64,000 nucleotides of DNA from Clostridia bacterium (GCA_036654095.1 JAVVSR010000002.1:1375-65374), one strand, 5' to 3'. Counted from the stretch's first letter, positions 1 to 9,833 are shown. Program-made: numbers and translations. The notes: a model not told the origin generated them from the sequence alone.

Positions 1-1214
1 GCGCCGTCACGTACAGCGGCAACAGTATAAGCGGTCGAGCGAGGGTCATCCAAATTTAACAAAACTTCAAAAGTGATACCACCCCACTCATTAATTTTCA
101 AAACAAATTTTCTAGTGTCTTCAGGTTCAGTATTGAGATAATTATTAAGTTCATCAAAATCCATAATTGTGTCATTCAATCCGCCAAAGTCAGCTTCCAT
201 AGTGTGAGCGCATTTTTGATAGCCACGTCTTGTGTATGGAGTACTAACGCCAGCCTGGCCTTTTTCAAACATAGGTTTTGACTGAGCTAAATAGGTTTCG
301 GCATTTTTGACACCACTCTTGTCGCTAAAAAATGAAGGTTCAAAAACCATAGGGTCGGTATAGCCTTTACTTAAAGACAACCAATCAGTTGTAGGCACGT
401 TTTTTTCATTAAGTTTTGAGTTATTAGCCCTTACATATAAAGTTTTGTCCATTTTATCATTGCAATATCTACGCTCAGCGCACTTTAACTCAAGCATATC
501 ATTAAGTTGTTTCTCAACATTTGGAAGAGCTGCAAACAAATCAACACCGCCGTCGATACGATAATCTTGACGATACATCTCATTATTTTTACGAATTTCT
601 AAAATATCAAGGTTGATACGATTATGCAAGCCAATCGCGAGGTTGTCGGTAAATGTAACAGAATAGTAACCAGCCGAATCAGCGTTTACATATTGAGCGT
701 TAGCATACCAATAAAGGCCAACAACCAACTTTTTCTTTTCAGCGGGAGTTAAAGCATCTATGCCCGCTTGGTCAGCAGGGACATCAACTGTAAAAGCAGT
801 ATTCACATCCCAACCATCGGCATAGTTGTTTGCATCGGGAGCATAAACTGTAATTGTTTTGCCTAAAATAGAAGTTTCTGGAATTTTTGTATTTTCTTCC
901 CAAGGAGGTAAAATAGCAACTTCACGTAATGTTTGGAAGTGATTGATAGTACGAGGAAGTATTTCACCCGATATCTTATCCTTTCCGCCCCAACCTTTTA
1001 ACGTTTCAGTACGAAGGTCATACGCTGCTTTATTTTCAGGAGAAGCGGCAACCCATTTTTCAATGATACTTGATGGAGACTTGTCTGACATACCCCACGG
1101 ATTGATAGCTGACTGCACGTTCACTTTGACAGGCGCCCATCCCAAAAACACGACAGCTACTGTTGCCAAACACAAAACGCCAACAACAATTTTTTTAGCA
1201 ATTCCAATCTTCAT
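1..1214 (-). CDS. hypothetical secreted or membrane-anchored protein (N-terminus in window, C-terminus runs off the left edge)
   Basis: Own translation of the minus strand. ATG at 1214-1212 gives MKIGIAKKIVVGVLCLATVAVVFLGWAPV..., a hydrophobic signal/anchor, and the frame stays open to position 1. It is absent from the ORF track because no stop lies in the window. No family recognised. Confidence 0.6.
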   Translation of the reverse strand, partial: MKIGIAKKIVVGVLCLATVAVVFLGWAPVKVNVQSAINPWGMSDKSPSSIIEKWVAASPENKAAYDLRTETLKGWGGKDKISGEILPRTINHFQTLREVAILPPWEENTKIPETSILGKTITVYAPDANNYADGWDVNTAFTVDVPADQAGIDALTPAEKKKLVVGLYWYANAQYVNADSAGYYSVTFTDNLAIGLHNRINLDILEIRKNNEMYRQDYRIDGGVDLFAALPNVEKQLNDMLELKCAERRYCNDKMDKTLYVRANNSKLNEKNVPTTDWLSLSKGYTDPMVFEPSFFSDKSGVKNAETYLAQSKPMFEKGQAGVSTPYTRRGYQKCAHTMEADFGGLNDTIMDFDELNNYLNTEPEDTRKFVLKINEWGGITFEVLLNLDDPRSTAYTVAAVRDG

Positions 1215-1462
1215 AATTACCTCACTCATAAATTATAGTGTATTAATAAGCCAAATTTACTTACAAAAACCAATAACCTTTTTTCATAATACTATTTTTC
1301 CAATAAAAAAGCAACAATTTTCAAACGTAATGTTTTAAAAAAACAAATATTATTGTAAATAGTATCTAAACAAGTGGATATAAGTATTCAATTTTTAAAA
1401 TTAGTTTGCTTATTTAAAATATAATTGATATAATATTATCACGAAATATTTAGGAGGAAATT

Positions 1463-4400
1463 ATGAGAAAGAGTATTATAAGAGGCATTTCTTATTGCAT
1501 AGCGCTCGTGATGATGGTTGCGCTAGTTTTCGGAATAATTGGTACATCCAATTTAACGGCAAGCGCAGTTGGAGCGCCAATCACGTCGGAAATAAAAATT
1601 GCGCACATTACAGACCTGCACTATTTTCCATTTGAGGATTGCAATGTTAAAGACCCTAACGACAAAAAATCGGATTTTTATATTAAGCTAGCAACCGACA
1701 CAAAGTTATGTCAGGAAGCAGGCACTATATTAAATGCGGTATACAAAAAAATTGTTGCGGAAAATCCCGACTATCTTGTTGTAAGCGGTGATATTACGCG
1801 TGACAGCGAATTACAAGCGCATATTGATGTAGCGAACGGGCTTAGGTATTTGCAAAACACAATTCGTGAAACAAATCCTGAGTTTCAAATATTTGTAGTT
1901 CCTGGCAACCACGACCTAGTAAACACAAACGCATCTAAATTTGACGCCAATGGAAGCCGCGCGAAAGATGCCGATGGAAACGTAATTAGCGGCGAAAAGT
2001 TAGCAACTTCTGTTTCTGAATTTCCAAAAATATACGCTGGGTTGGGATATCCTAACCTTACCGCTGAAAATCGCGCAGAATATATTGCTAAATATGTTAG
2101 TCACAGCGCGTCATTTGGATTGACGACATCATATATCGAGTCAAGCAATCTTCCAAATATTGTGTTTCACCGTTATTCGGACATAATTGGATACCCTACC
2201 GCGGACGATAAAGCAGTGAACTGCTTAACTTATGTGGCTATTATAGATAACGCAAAGGTAGCTGTATGCGGTATAGATAGCACCGAACGCAAAGCCGCCG
2301 AAAACATTTTTGGCTGGGAACACGAAACAGGCGGTCGCATAACTCAAAATTGTTTAAACTGGCTTTCGGCAAAAACCGCAGCTTCTCGTGAGGCCAACTA
2401 TACATTAATTGGAACGCTTCATCACAATGTTGCGCCGCATTACGCTATGGAAGAAAATTTAACTAAAGACTTTACTTTATACAACTGGGAAGATACCGCC
2501 ACTTACCTTGCCGACGAAGTTGGCTTGCGCTATGTATTTACCGGCCATATGCACGCGAGCGACCGCGCGCAATTTACATCATATAAAGGAAACACAATTA
2601 CCGACTTTGAAACAGGTAGTACCGTTTCATTGAAAGCGCCATCGCGCTATGTCACAATTTCAAGAACGGAATATGATAATAAGGTTTACGAAGATGTAAC
2701 GTCACTGGTCATTCCTATTGAGTCGCTTGAAAATATTCAAAGTTTTCATATTGATAAACCCACAACATTTGAAGTTCATCCCGAGTACTTTGCTTTTCAA
2801 CAAGTCACCAATTTGACCGATATGATTGAAAAAGGGCTGTATGACTTACTTATAAGACGTTTGGTTGACGGGTTCGTAAATGAAGGCCTACAAAGTATGT
2901 TATATGATTTAGTTGATGGTGTCATTCCCCCGAGCCTGTCCTTAGCGGGCTTAAAACTAGAGTTACCGCAAACAGCGCTTATGAAGGTTGTAAATATAGT
3001 CCTTGACGATTTGTTTAACAATTTAACGTATGTTTACGATGGAAAATCTTATGATAATTTAATTTCTGTGGCGCACGCCCTCGTTAATGGAGTTTTAAAT
3101 ATCGTTGTCTACACCGACGGCGAAGAAGCGTACACGCTTGAACAAGTTGGCATAAAAATGTATAAAGAACATTTGATTGGCGGAGAAGCCGCCGATTACG
3201 CCGCGCTTGACGCTAAATTTAAAGGGCTGTCGGAACGCCTTTTAACAACAGACTTAAAACAAAACACAATTAAACAGTTAGCAGATATTTTGCTTAACAC
3301 TTTAATTATGAATAAAGACTCATTAATTCCCGTTTTACTTTCACACAAATTTGACATTAGCGGGCTTACATATGACGCTTCAATAACTGACCCCGCCGCC
3401 GCTTCAAAACGTTTTACAGCGAAAGAACAAGCGGATATAACTAAACTATTTAATGTGCTTAGAGATTTAGCTGGCATTGATATTTTAGAGAAGGGTTACA
3501 TTTGTCTTAACGAAATAGTTGAATTACCGCTTGTACAAAGCTTATTGTCGAAACTTATTGATACAAAAGGTATGCCATTGCTTGATTTCGTTTATGATGC
3601 CCTCGGAAAATACTTAACCACAAGTTTTTACACCGGCTTGGGCGGAATTGTAAACAATATTGTTATGGCATTTTCCATAGACGATACTTTTGACGGCCAC
3701 ACCGCTGACATATCTAAAACCAATTTCCACGAGTTATACACCTATCGCGTTGACAACGGCTTAAATATGGGTATCACGGTAAACGGAGTTAAGTTTGGGA
3801 CAGCTTATGACGGCGAACCTCACTTTACAACAGCTACGTATGCTGACGGACGTCTTCCCTCACACGCGACCGCCACTTTTGGAGACAAAACAAATACATC
3901 GGTAAATTTGTCATTCTATACAAATCACGAAGTAAACGGTTTAGTTAAGTATCGCGTAAAGGGTTCGACAGCCGAGTGGAGTACTATTAATTCATCAGTC
4001 GAACTGAAACCAGTTGCCTTCCCCCTTATGGACTTAGGCTTGTTTGCAACATATACAAGCACATCACTAGATAAAAAGGGGACTATACCCGCAACTTTTG
4101 CCAATCGAGAAGAAGTTAAAGGCTCGGTAAAATTTGCAAATATTCATAGTGTGACACTTTCAAACTTACTTCCAAATACTGAGTACGAATATCAGTTAGT
4201 AGGTACATTTGAAGACAAAGTGTATCCAACAAAAACTAAATATTTTAAAACCGCCCTTAGCGAAGGTAGCACAAATGAGTTTACCGTACTCGCTATGACA
4301 GACGTTCAGGCTATGCTTAAATCCGATTATCAAAACGCTTTAGAGGCATTTGAAAAAATAGAAGTTGCTTATGACTTTATTATAAACTGTGGCGACGTAG

Positions 4401-5848
4401 TCGATAGTGGCAAAAACACAACTCAATGGAGTTACAGCCAAAATATTTTATCTACTGTTTGGGGCGAAACTTTGACTGTTGTTGCGGCAGGTAACCACGA
4501 AGATTCTGACTTTGCGCTAGACAACTACTACAACTTCGGAAATGCTCCATCGCAAAAAACCGAAACAGGCGTATATTATAGTTTCAATTATGGAAACGCG
4601 CACTTCACTGTTATTAATACTAACGACTCTACCGCAAAAGAAGGCTTAGGAAAAGCACAACTTGAATGGTTAGTTGCCGACCTTGCTGCCGCTAAAAATA
4701 ATCCAAATATTAAGTGGATAGTCGTTTCACAACACAAAGGCCTTTATTCGGCAGGCTCGCACAGCTATGACAGCGAAGTAATTGCTTTGCGCGGACAACT
4801 TTCAAGCATTTACTATGATTATGGCGTCGACCTTGTTTTGCAAGGACACGACCACGTTTATAACACTACCGAATTTTTAGATAGGCTTGGTAAACCCGTT
4901 AATGTTCGTGAAACCGACGGCACTGTTTTCGCGCCTAAAGGCGTTATGTATGTAACATTAGGGACTATTGGCAACAAATATTATGAATATCGCAAAAATC
5001 ATATCGTTACCGATGTTTGCAATGATACGCTTACCTACTCGGATATGCTTTCGCAACCCACATATGCGACGCTTACTTTTGCCAACGATAAACTTACAAT
5101 TTCAAACTATATGGTCGGAAATGAAAAGTTTAACAAGTCAATTAGCATCAGTAAAACTGCCATAGTTGAGGAAACCGATGTTAAACTTGATAAAATTACA
5201 TTCGGTGGCGCAATCGTTTCTGACGGAGCAAATATCTTGGCTACGAAAGATACTCTTCTTAATGCGCTTAATATTGCGCGCTTCGATTTTGGCTCAAACT
5301 GCCTAATTACTGTAAATAATGTTACCGCGCAAGAAAATATCTATAAGGCTTTACATAATGGCGCAAATACTATTTCCATTAAGCTGTTGCCCGAAAACGG
5401 CGACGAGGCAGGCGCGAAAGTAATTTCATTTGGCGTCTATATTTTAAATTACGAGCTGACTGTGAATGGTAAAACATATAATGTTGGCGACACTATTACT
5501 GTTCCTAGTAAAACAAAATCCATTGACATTAAATACCTAGCCGACGAAAACAACGAAAACGCTGAAACAATTATTGTTGAAAATAACAAATTGAAAAAAG
5601 GCGACAATACAGTTGTTGTTAAAGTCACTAGCAAAAATGCCGATGGCACAATTTCCACCGATTATACTTATTCTATTAATGTTTATGTAGAAAAGGGTAA
5701 TTCTAATATTCCGCTTATTTTAGGCGCTGTTGGCGGCGTCATTCTTGTTGGCGGAGTGGTTTTAGCAATAGTTATGGTTAAGCGTAAAGATAAATCATTA
5801 GATAATGGAGATAAAACGGATAAAAACTCTGACGATAATGCCGCGTAA
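1463..5848 (+). CDS. large cell-surface protein with two calcineurin-like metallophosphoesterase domains, a purple-acid-phosphatase-type N-terminal beta domain and a C-terminal TM anchor
   Basis: RBS AGGAGG lies 7 nt upstream, and the N-terminus is a signal/TM segment. MPE motif set 1: GDITRD, VPGNHD, TGHMHASD. MPE motif set 2: CGDVVDSG, AAGNHE, QGHDHVY. An FN3-like stretch (LLPNTEYEYQL) precedes the second domain. The C-terminus has IPLILGAVGGVILVGGVVLAIVMV followed by a charged tail. Confidence 0.8.
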   Translation: MRKSIIRGISYCIALVMMVALVFGIIGTSNLTASAVGAPITSEIKIAHITDLHYFPFEDCNVKDPNDKKSDFYIKLATDTKLCQEAGTILNAVYKKIVAENPDYLVVSGDITRDSELQAHIDVANGLRYLQNTIRETNPEFQIFVVPGNHDLVNTNASKFDANGSRAKDADGNVISGEKLATSVSEFPKIYAGLGYPNLTAENRAEYIAKYVSHSASFGLTTSYIESSNLPNIVFHRYSDIIGYPTADDKAVNCLTYVAIIDNAKVAVCGIDSTERKAAENIFGWEHETGGRITQNCLNWLSAKTAASREANYTLIGTLHHNVAPHYAMEENLTKDFTLYNWEDTATYLADEVGLRYVFTGHMHASDRAQFTSYKGNTITDFETGSTVSLKAPSRYVTISRTEYDNKVYEDVTSLVIPIESLENIQSFHIDKPTTFEVHPEYFAFQQVTNLTDMIEKGLYDLLIRRLVDGFVNEGLQSMLYDLVDGVIPPSLSLAGLKLELPQTALMKVVNIVLDDLFNNLTYVYDGKSYDNLISVAHALVNGVLNIVVYTDGEEAYTLEQVGIKMYKEHLIGGEAADYAALDAKFKGLSERLLTTDLKQNTIKQLADILLNTLIMNKDSLIPVLLSHKFDISGLTYDASITDPAAASKRFTAKEQADITKLFNVLRDLAGIDILEKGYICLNEIVELPLVQSLLSKLIDTKGMPLLDFVYDALGKYLTTSFYTGLGGIVNNIVMAFSIDDTFDGHTADISKTNFHELYTYRVDNGLNMGITVNGVKFGTAYDGEPHFTTATYADGRLPSHATATFGDKTNTSVNLSFYTNHEVNGLVKYRVKGSTAEWSTINSSVELKPVAFPLMDLGLFATYTSTSLDKKGTIPATFANREEVKGSVKFANIHSVTLSNLLPNTEYEYQLVGTFEDKVYPTKTKYFKTALSEGSTNEFTVLAMTDVQAMLKSDYQNALEAFEKIEVAYDFIINCGDVVDSGKNTTQWSYSQNILSTVWGETLTVVAAGNHEDSDFALDNYYNFGNAPSQKTETGVYYSFNYGNAHFTVINTNDSTAKEGLGKAQLEWLVADLAAAKNNPNIKWIVVSQHKGLYSAGSHSYDSEVIALRGQLSSIYYDYGVDLVLQGHDHVYNTTEFLDRLGKPVNVRETDGTVFAPKGVMYVTLGTIGNKYYEYRKNHIVTDVCNDTLTYSDMLSQPTYATLTFANDKLTISNYMVGNEKFNKSISISKTAIVEETDVKLDKITFGGAIVSDGANILATKDTLLNALNIARFDFGSNCLITVNNVTAQENIYKALHNGANTISIKLLPENGDEAGAKVISFGVYILNYELTVNGKTYNVGDTITVPSKTKSIDIKYLADENNENAETIIVENNKLKKGDNTVVVKVTSKNADGTISTDYTYSINVYVEKGNSNIPLILGAVGGVILVGGVVLAIVMVKRKDKSLDNGDKTDKNSDDNAA

Positions 5849-5948
5849 TACCTCATCAGTTTGTTGTTATTTTACTTTTTTTAAATCTATTTTGAATGTT
5901 TTTAGTTTAATCGCTAGTCACGCTCGTTAAATAATATCGATATATTTT

Positions 5949-5986
5949 AAAAGCCGTCAAGGATAATCTTGACGGCTTTTATTTTA
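5949..5986. terminator. bidirectional rho-independent terminator
   Basis: AAGCCGTCAAG-gataat-CTTGACGGCTT is flanked by an A-run and a T-run. It sits between the convergent genes ending at 5848 and 6102. Confidence 0.7.
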
Positions 5987-6101
5987 TTAAATTATACTAA
6001 TTAAACAATTCCAAACTTGTTACAAAATTATAGCGTTTACAATTTACAATCATTTTCTAACATTATAAACTTATTCTACTCTCGTACAACTTATATGCGC
6101 G

Positions 6102-8537
6102 CTATTTGTCAACTTCTTCTTGTTCATTAACAACCGCCGTCTGCTCGCAAACATCGTCGCTAATCGGCGCGCCTTCACCTTCAATACTAGGTTCGGTCGC
6201 AAGTGTTTTTGCATCATATCCGCAATTAGGCTCGTTGTCGACATCTGTATAATCAGCATCTATATCTTCCAAAGCGCGTTCTTTCTTTATCCGTTTGCCC
6301 GAACTATCTTTCGGGGGTTTTTTCATTGCATTTTTTAAAAATGGCCTATCCATAAACGTCAACACGGCTGGCAATACAAATATTACTAGAACCGCGCTAA
6401 TTATTGCGCCCCTCGCTATAAGCATAGTTATTTCAGCTACAATAAGGTTTGATGTCATAAGATAAACACAGAAGCACGCCGCCGCTAAAATTGACGAACT
6501 TGTAAGTATTGACATAATCGAGCTTGTTGTTGCTTGATATGCCGCCTGCGGAGGCATCAATTTTTTTCTAAATTCTCGATACTTCGTCGTTACAAGAATT
6601 GCGTAGTCAACCGTACCGCCCATTTGTATTGAACTTATTATGATATATGACATAAAGTTGATTTGATGGCCTATTAGCTTTTGAATAGCTAAATTTACCC
6701 AAATACCAAATTGAATAATAAGCATCAAAATTAAGCTGTGTTTCAGTGATTTGAAGCTAAAAATCATTATTACTATGATAATTAAAACTGACGCGATAGA
6801 AACACGGTTAAAGTCAGTTGGAGTAATGAACGCAAAGTCTTTCGCCGCCTGCGCCATACCTGTTACATAATAATCTTGCCCGGGGAAATGCTTAGCAATT
6901 AATGCCTGAATATCATTAATTGTTTTAAACATATCATCACTTTCAATGTTAGAGTTTGTCATTCCAACAGTGTACATACCATAACCGTTGTTTACATACT
7001 GCCCCGATTGACTTTTAATTGCGCCACCCATTGGGCCCTCTAGCGCTTCCTTAGGAAGTAGCGCGTTAAGCCCTAGCATAAAGCTAACAGCAGGAGAACC
7101 ATCGGGATTTTTTAGCCCGCGAAGTTCCTCAATAAAAATGTAGTGTGTCGTCATGCTTTCTTCGCTATCCAAATCGATTGGAACTGAAATGACTAGCTGA
7201 TTTGCAAGCGTATCAACTTTGTCGTAAAGCGCGCCCTCTTTAGGCACTTCCTTGACAAAATTAAAGTATCCGTATCCCAAATTGCTTTGAAGCAAAACTG
7301 CTGGGAAAATAGCTATTAACAGGCCAACAACCACAACTGTCCTATATTTAATTATGCCTTTGACGGGTTTTTTAAATTTTAGGTCAATAGACTTATGTTG
7401 CCAGGTTTCCATTTTGTTTCTTAGCAATATAACCAAAACAGGTTGGAAGAAAATAACTGTCAAAAAGCTTAATCCAATGCCCTTAGCAAGCACTAACCCC
7501 AAGTCCATACCTATTGTGAACCGCATAAAGAACAATGCAATAAATCCGCCAACAGTGGTCAACGCGCTTGAAAATACCGCATTAAATGTACGAGGAATTG
7601 TTTTTTCCAAGGCCTCAAACGGGTCAAGCGTTGTGCGTTTTTCCGTTCGATAAGCGTGTAAGAAAAAAACAGCATAGTCCATCGCGAGCGCCAACTGAAG
7701 TATCGCAGACGCTGAAAACGTAATTATTGATGTGCTTGGTAAAATAATATTGCTTCCTAAATTAAGTATTATTGAAATTCCAAGTGTCGCCAATAAAATA
7801 ATTGGGTCAATCCAAGATTTCGTAAACATAAATAGAATAACCAAAACAATAACAACACCGGCAATACTATATTTCCAAACTTCATCAAGTGTACTTTCAA
7901 AAATTGTTTTTGCAAGTTGAGTCGAACCGCCAATATAACATTCTGCGCTTGAATTTTCTTGCTCAATAATATCCTCAATAGCGTCGATTGTATCAAACGA
8001 CTCACTCGACGACGGCCCAAAATTTAATGTAATCATCAATACATACGTGTCGTCTGTATCTATGTCGGCAGTTCCGTTGTTGCTGAACATAATATTATCT
8101 ATATAACTAGGATTATATGGCGAACCATCGGGATACTTTTCACCCAACGCTAGCAATAACTTTAAACCCAAAAAGAACTCCGAATCTTTCCACAAACAAG
8201 TTGCAACAGCTTTATCCTCAGGCTCTAAAGCTGTATCCGAAACAACAATATTTTTTCCGTTTTTAGTTAAGTTGCTAATTTTCCCACAGATATTATAAAT
8301 TTCATCAGACGTCGCGCCCTTAACGCCAACAATTACGTCAGCCTCTATTCCAAAGTTGTCTTTTAAAAACTTTTGGCCGTCAGATGTCATAGTACCTTTT
8401 GGCAAATATGAAGTCAAATCCGAATTAACTCGTTTAAAAACCGTCGGCAATGCCACGCACGACAAAATTGTCAGCACAACAAACACAACTAATAGAATTT
8501 TATACCTTTTTACAATAAACTTAGCTAGCTTTTTCAT
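6102..8537 (-). CDS. MMPL/RND-superfamily membrane transporter
   Basis: Two ~6-TM bundles are separated by large extracytoplasmic loops, and a TetR gene lies divergently upstream. Start moved to MKKLAKFIVKRYK (ATG at 8537). The upstream extension in the ORF track has no support. Confidence 0.7.
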   Translation of the reverse strand: MKKLAKFIVKRYKILLVVFVVLTILSCVALPTVFKRVNSDLTSYLPKGTMTSDGQKFLKDNFGIEADVIVGVKGATSDEIYNICGKISNLTKNGKNIVVSDTALEPEDKAVATCLWKDSEFFLGLKLLLALGEKYPDGSPYNPSYIDNIMFSNNGTADIDTDDTYVLMITLNFGPSSSESFDTIDAIEDIIEQENSSAECYIGGSTQLAKTIFESTLDEVWKYSIAGVVIVLVILFMFTKSWIDPIILLATLGISIILNLGSNIILPSTSIITFSASAILQLALAMDYAVFFLHAYRTEKRTTLDPFEALEKTIPRTFNAVFSSALTTVGGFIALFFMRFTIGMDLGLVLAKGIGLSFLTVIFFQPVLVILLRNKMETWQHKSIDLKFKKPVKGIIKYRTVVVVGLLIAIFPAVLLQSNLGYGYFNFVKEVPKEGALYDKVDTLANQLVISVPIDLDSEESMTTHYIFIEELRGLKNPDGSPAVSFMLGLNALLPKEALEGPMGGAIKSQSGQYVNNGYGMYTVGMTNSNIESDDMFKTINDIQALIAKHFPGQDYYVTGMAQAAKDFAFITPTDFNRVSIASVLIIIVIMIFSFKSLKHSLILMLIIQFGIWVNLAIQKLIGHQINFMSYIIISSIQMGGTVDYAILVTTKYREFRKKLMPPQAAYQATTSSIMSILTSSSILAAACFCVYLMTSNLIVAEITMLIARGAIISAVLVIFVLPAVLTFMDRPFLKNAMKKPPKDSSGKRIKKERALEDIDADYTDVDNEPNCGYDAKTLATEPSIEGEGAPISDDVCEQTAVVNEQEEVDK

Positions 8538-8611
8538 ATTATTATTACCCAAATGACAAATCAAACATCTATTTAAAACATAAAAATTCAAATCGCCATT
8601 TGAAACTCTCC

Positions 8612-8648
8612 TTGACAATATTGTATATACACTTGTACTAATTGTCAA
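8612..8648. promoter_or_regulatory. candidate TetR operator overlapping divergent sigma-A-type promoters
   Basis: Inverted repeat TTGACAAT(8612-8619)...ATTGTCAA(8641-8648) with an inner palindrome TGTATATACA (8622-8631). On the minus strand it reads TTGACA-17nt-TACAAT, pointing at the MMPL gene. Confidence 0.45.
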
Positions 8649-8759
8649 TAAATTTATGGCATTTAATTAGACAAATATAACATAAATTATTATTATCAAA
8701 ATTTTGGCAGTTTTATTTAAAATTAGTTATTACTTTTTTTTAATTGAATGACAATTTGC

Positions 8760-8787
8760 TTTACATTTTTAGGTGATGTGTTATAAT
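8760..8787 (+). promoter_or_regulatory. candidate sigma-A promoter of the TetR gene
   Basis: TTTACA (8760-8765), 16-nt spacer, then extended -10 TGtTATAAT (TATAAT at 8782-8787), about 30 nt upstream of the start codon. Confidence 0.45.
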
Positions 8788-8816
8788 TAAAAATGAATTT
8801 ACTAAAAGGGGTTTTT

Positions 8817-9428
8817 ATGAAAAAAACAGATTTGACAAAAAAAACGATTATTGACAGCACTATTAAAATACTTCGTAAAAACGGTAATGTCACAGTTAAG
8901 GAAATTGCCGCCGACGCAAATGTAAATATTGCCGCAATAAATTATCATTTTAACGATAAACAAAACTTAATAGTTATTGTTGTGCGCCGTCTTTTAACCG
9001 AATTCAAGGCCACAATGGATGAATTTTTAAATACATCCGTTTCAACCTCGGCGGAAATATACAGCGAAATCAAAGGTTTTTTGGATACTTTTTATCAATT
9101 TGCTTTTGAAAATATTGGCATAATTAAATATATCCTTATCCCCAATAACAATGATATATTGGAAAGTTGTAGCCGCCTATTTATGTCGCAGTTTTCTATC
9201 GACTCGGAGTTTACTCACAAAATTGTTTCTAAACTTGGCGAAATTAACACCCAGCACACTTCCGAACAATTAAAGGTTAAATACGTATTTTTGTTTAGCG
9301 CGTTTGCCTTTCCTTTAATTTTTCAACTTAATTTAAAAGATTTTGACAACAAATCTCTTTTCCAAATTAGCGAAGGCGCAATTAGAGATATTTATATCGA
9401 ACAACTTACCAAGGTTATATTGGATTAG
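8817..9428 (+). CDS. TetR/AcrR family transcriptional regulator
   Basis: N-terminal HTH (TVKEIAADANVNIAAINYHFNDKQNL). RBS AAAAGGGG precedes the ATG at 8817. Divergent from the MMPL transporter. Confidence 0.8.
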   Translation: MKKTDLTKKTIIDSTIKILRKNGNVTVKEIAADANVNIAAINYHFNDKQNLIVIVVRRLLTEFKATMDEFLNTSVSTSAEIYSEIKGFLDTFYQFAFENIGIIKYILIPNNNDILESCSRLFMSQFSIDSEFTHKIVSKLGEINTQHTSEQLKVKYVFLFSAFAFPLIFQLNLKDFDNKSLFQISEGAIRDIYIEQLTKVILD

Positions 9429-9439
9429 TTTTAAATTTA

Positions 9440-9591
9440 TTTTATACTTATATTAGATGTTTTTATACTTATATTAGATGTTTTATAAAGCGTGTTCGGC
9501 TCAACCTTTTAATGTACATTTTTTGTTATAAAGCGTGTTCGGCTCAATCTTTTAGTGTACATTTTTTGTTGTAAAGCGTATTCGGCTAAAC
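9440..9591. repeat. tandem direct repeats: a 20/21-bp unit x2, then a 43-bp unit x2.5
   Basis: TTTTATACTTATATTAGATG occurs twice (9440-9480). TTATAAAGCGTGTTCGGCTCAACCTTTTAATGTACATTTTTTG occurs at 9483-9525, 9526-9568 (3 mismatches) and partially at 9569-9590. Confidence 0.9.
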
Positions 9592-9606
9592 ATATTACGC
9601 AAACTC

Positions 9607-9741
9607 TTTTTGAGTTTGAGATTGAGATTGAGTTTAGGGTTTTTGAGTTTTAAGTTTTAGGGTTTAGGGTTTAGGGTTTAGGGTTTAGGGTTTAGGGTTT
9701 AGGGTTTAGGGTTTTAGGGTTTTTGAGTTTTTGAGTTTTAG
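9607..9741. repeat. heptamer microsatellite with a perfect (TTTAGGG)8 core
   Basis: The core at 9656-9711 is eight perfect TTTAGGG units, followed by TTTTAGGG. It is flanked by degenerate relatives (TTTGAG, ATTGAG, TTTTTGAG). Confidence 0.95.
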
Positions 9742-9759
9742 TTAAAATACATATTTAAA

Positions 9760-9802
9760 ACGCGCCACAAAGTTACAAATAACTTAGCGGCGCGTTTTTT
9801 TA
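9760..9802. terminator. rho-independent terminator between convergent genes
   Basis: ACGCGCCAC-18nt-GCGGCGCGT stem, then T7 on the plus strand. The minus-strand reading has a weaker T-run. Confidence 0.6.
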
Positions 9803-9833
9803 TACATCAATATAAGTTTAAAATTAAATAAAT

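Noticed and set aside
943-1338. 131-aa plus-strand ORF
   Set aside because: It lies antisense to the better-supported minus-strand gene (1-1214) and runs on into that gene's AT-rich promoter region. It has no RBS and a low-complexity translation.
9656-9719. Eukaryotic (plant telomere) contamination or a chimeric join
   Set aside because: The tract is flanked on both sides within 200 bp by typical bacterial genes and terminators. It also grades into degenerate local variants of the same heptamer. Only read-level data could fully exclude an artefact.
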